A stretch of 64,000 nt of DNA from Octopus sinensis (taxonomy: Eukaryota). The notes beneath the pieces are model-generated. The model ran no database searches. It was given only the letters and a program-made list of their open reading frames with translations, and was not told where the DNA came from. Positions 63,635 to 64,000 of the stretch are shown one piece after another (the stretch's first letter is position 1; every line of letters begins with the position of its first letter). The stretch lies in assembly GCF_006345805.1 (NCBI RefSeq), contig NC_043014.1, positions 496,001-560,000 on the forward strand. The letters are read 5' to 3'. Both the position numbers and the translations under genes were made by a program.

Positions 63635-63711
63635 TCTGCTGAAGAGGCACGCCAGTTGTAAATAAATTTAATTTATTTACTAAAGATTGCCGAAACTATG
63701 CATAGTCCAGA
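63635..63711 (+). ncRNA. type I hammerhead ribozyme with extended stem II, GUC triplet
   Basis: tctg-CTGAAGA-ggca...[gtaaataaat/atttatttac hairpin]...tgcc-GAAA-ctatgcatag-TC-caga. Confidence 0.8.
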
Positions 63712-64000
63712 TAGGAAGGGGTAAACGTTTTTATTTCTCTTTCCATTTCAGAATTACAACTATTAGTGGTTTGGAGTTTAACTGCTGTTTCTAGTGAGTC
63801 GAATGTCCTATTATGGCCATTTCTTATATATATGAATATATTTATATATATATATATATATATATATGTTAATAAAATAGAACATATGCATATATATAAA
63901 CATATATGTACGTACCTACCTCTACATGTACATATACACGCATATATGTGTACAGGACACCAAAAAGACGTCGAACACATAGAGAGACGAAACACATAGA

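Overview
AT-rich, microsatellite-laden animal genomic DNA. The repeat families and huge (TA)n/(CA)n/(CAT)n tracts suggest an octopus/coleoid cephalopod; this is inferred, not verified. Host genes: (1) the last three coding exons of a BMP-type R-SMAD (SMAD1/5/8, Mad; + strand; PPAY linker, MH2, C-terminal SSVS); (2) a single-exon-CDS SAMHD1-like HD-domain dNTP triphosphohydrolase without a SAM domain (- strand); (3) a TTC22/IFIT-like TPR protein with a C-terminal TIR-like domain (- strand, one frameshift). The rest is mobile DNA: a DD37D (maT) Tc1/mariner fossil, near-full-length and truncated CR1-group LINEs, RTE fragments, two Penelope-like (GIY-YIG) fragments, several SINE families and Helitron-type ends. 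The most striking non-coding signal is about 15 type I hammerhead-ribozyme motifs in several sequence families, about ten with intact cores. They have short, mostly palindromic stem III, some have long stem II insertions, and three carry the U3-A8 core covariation. They often sit in long inverted repeats inside (TA)n tracts. All calls are by eye; no database search or folding program was run.
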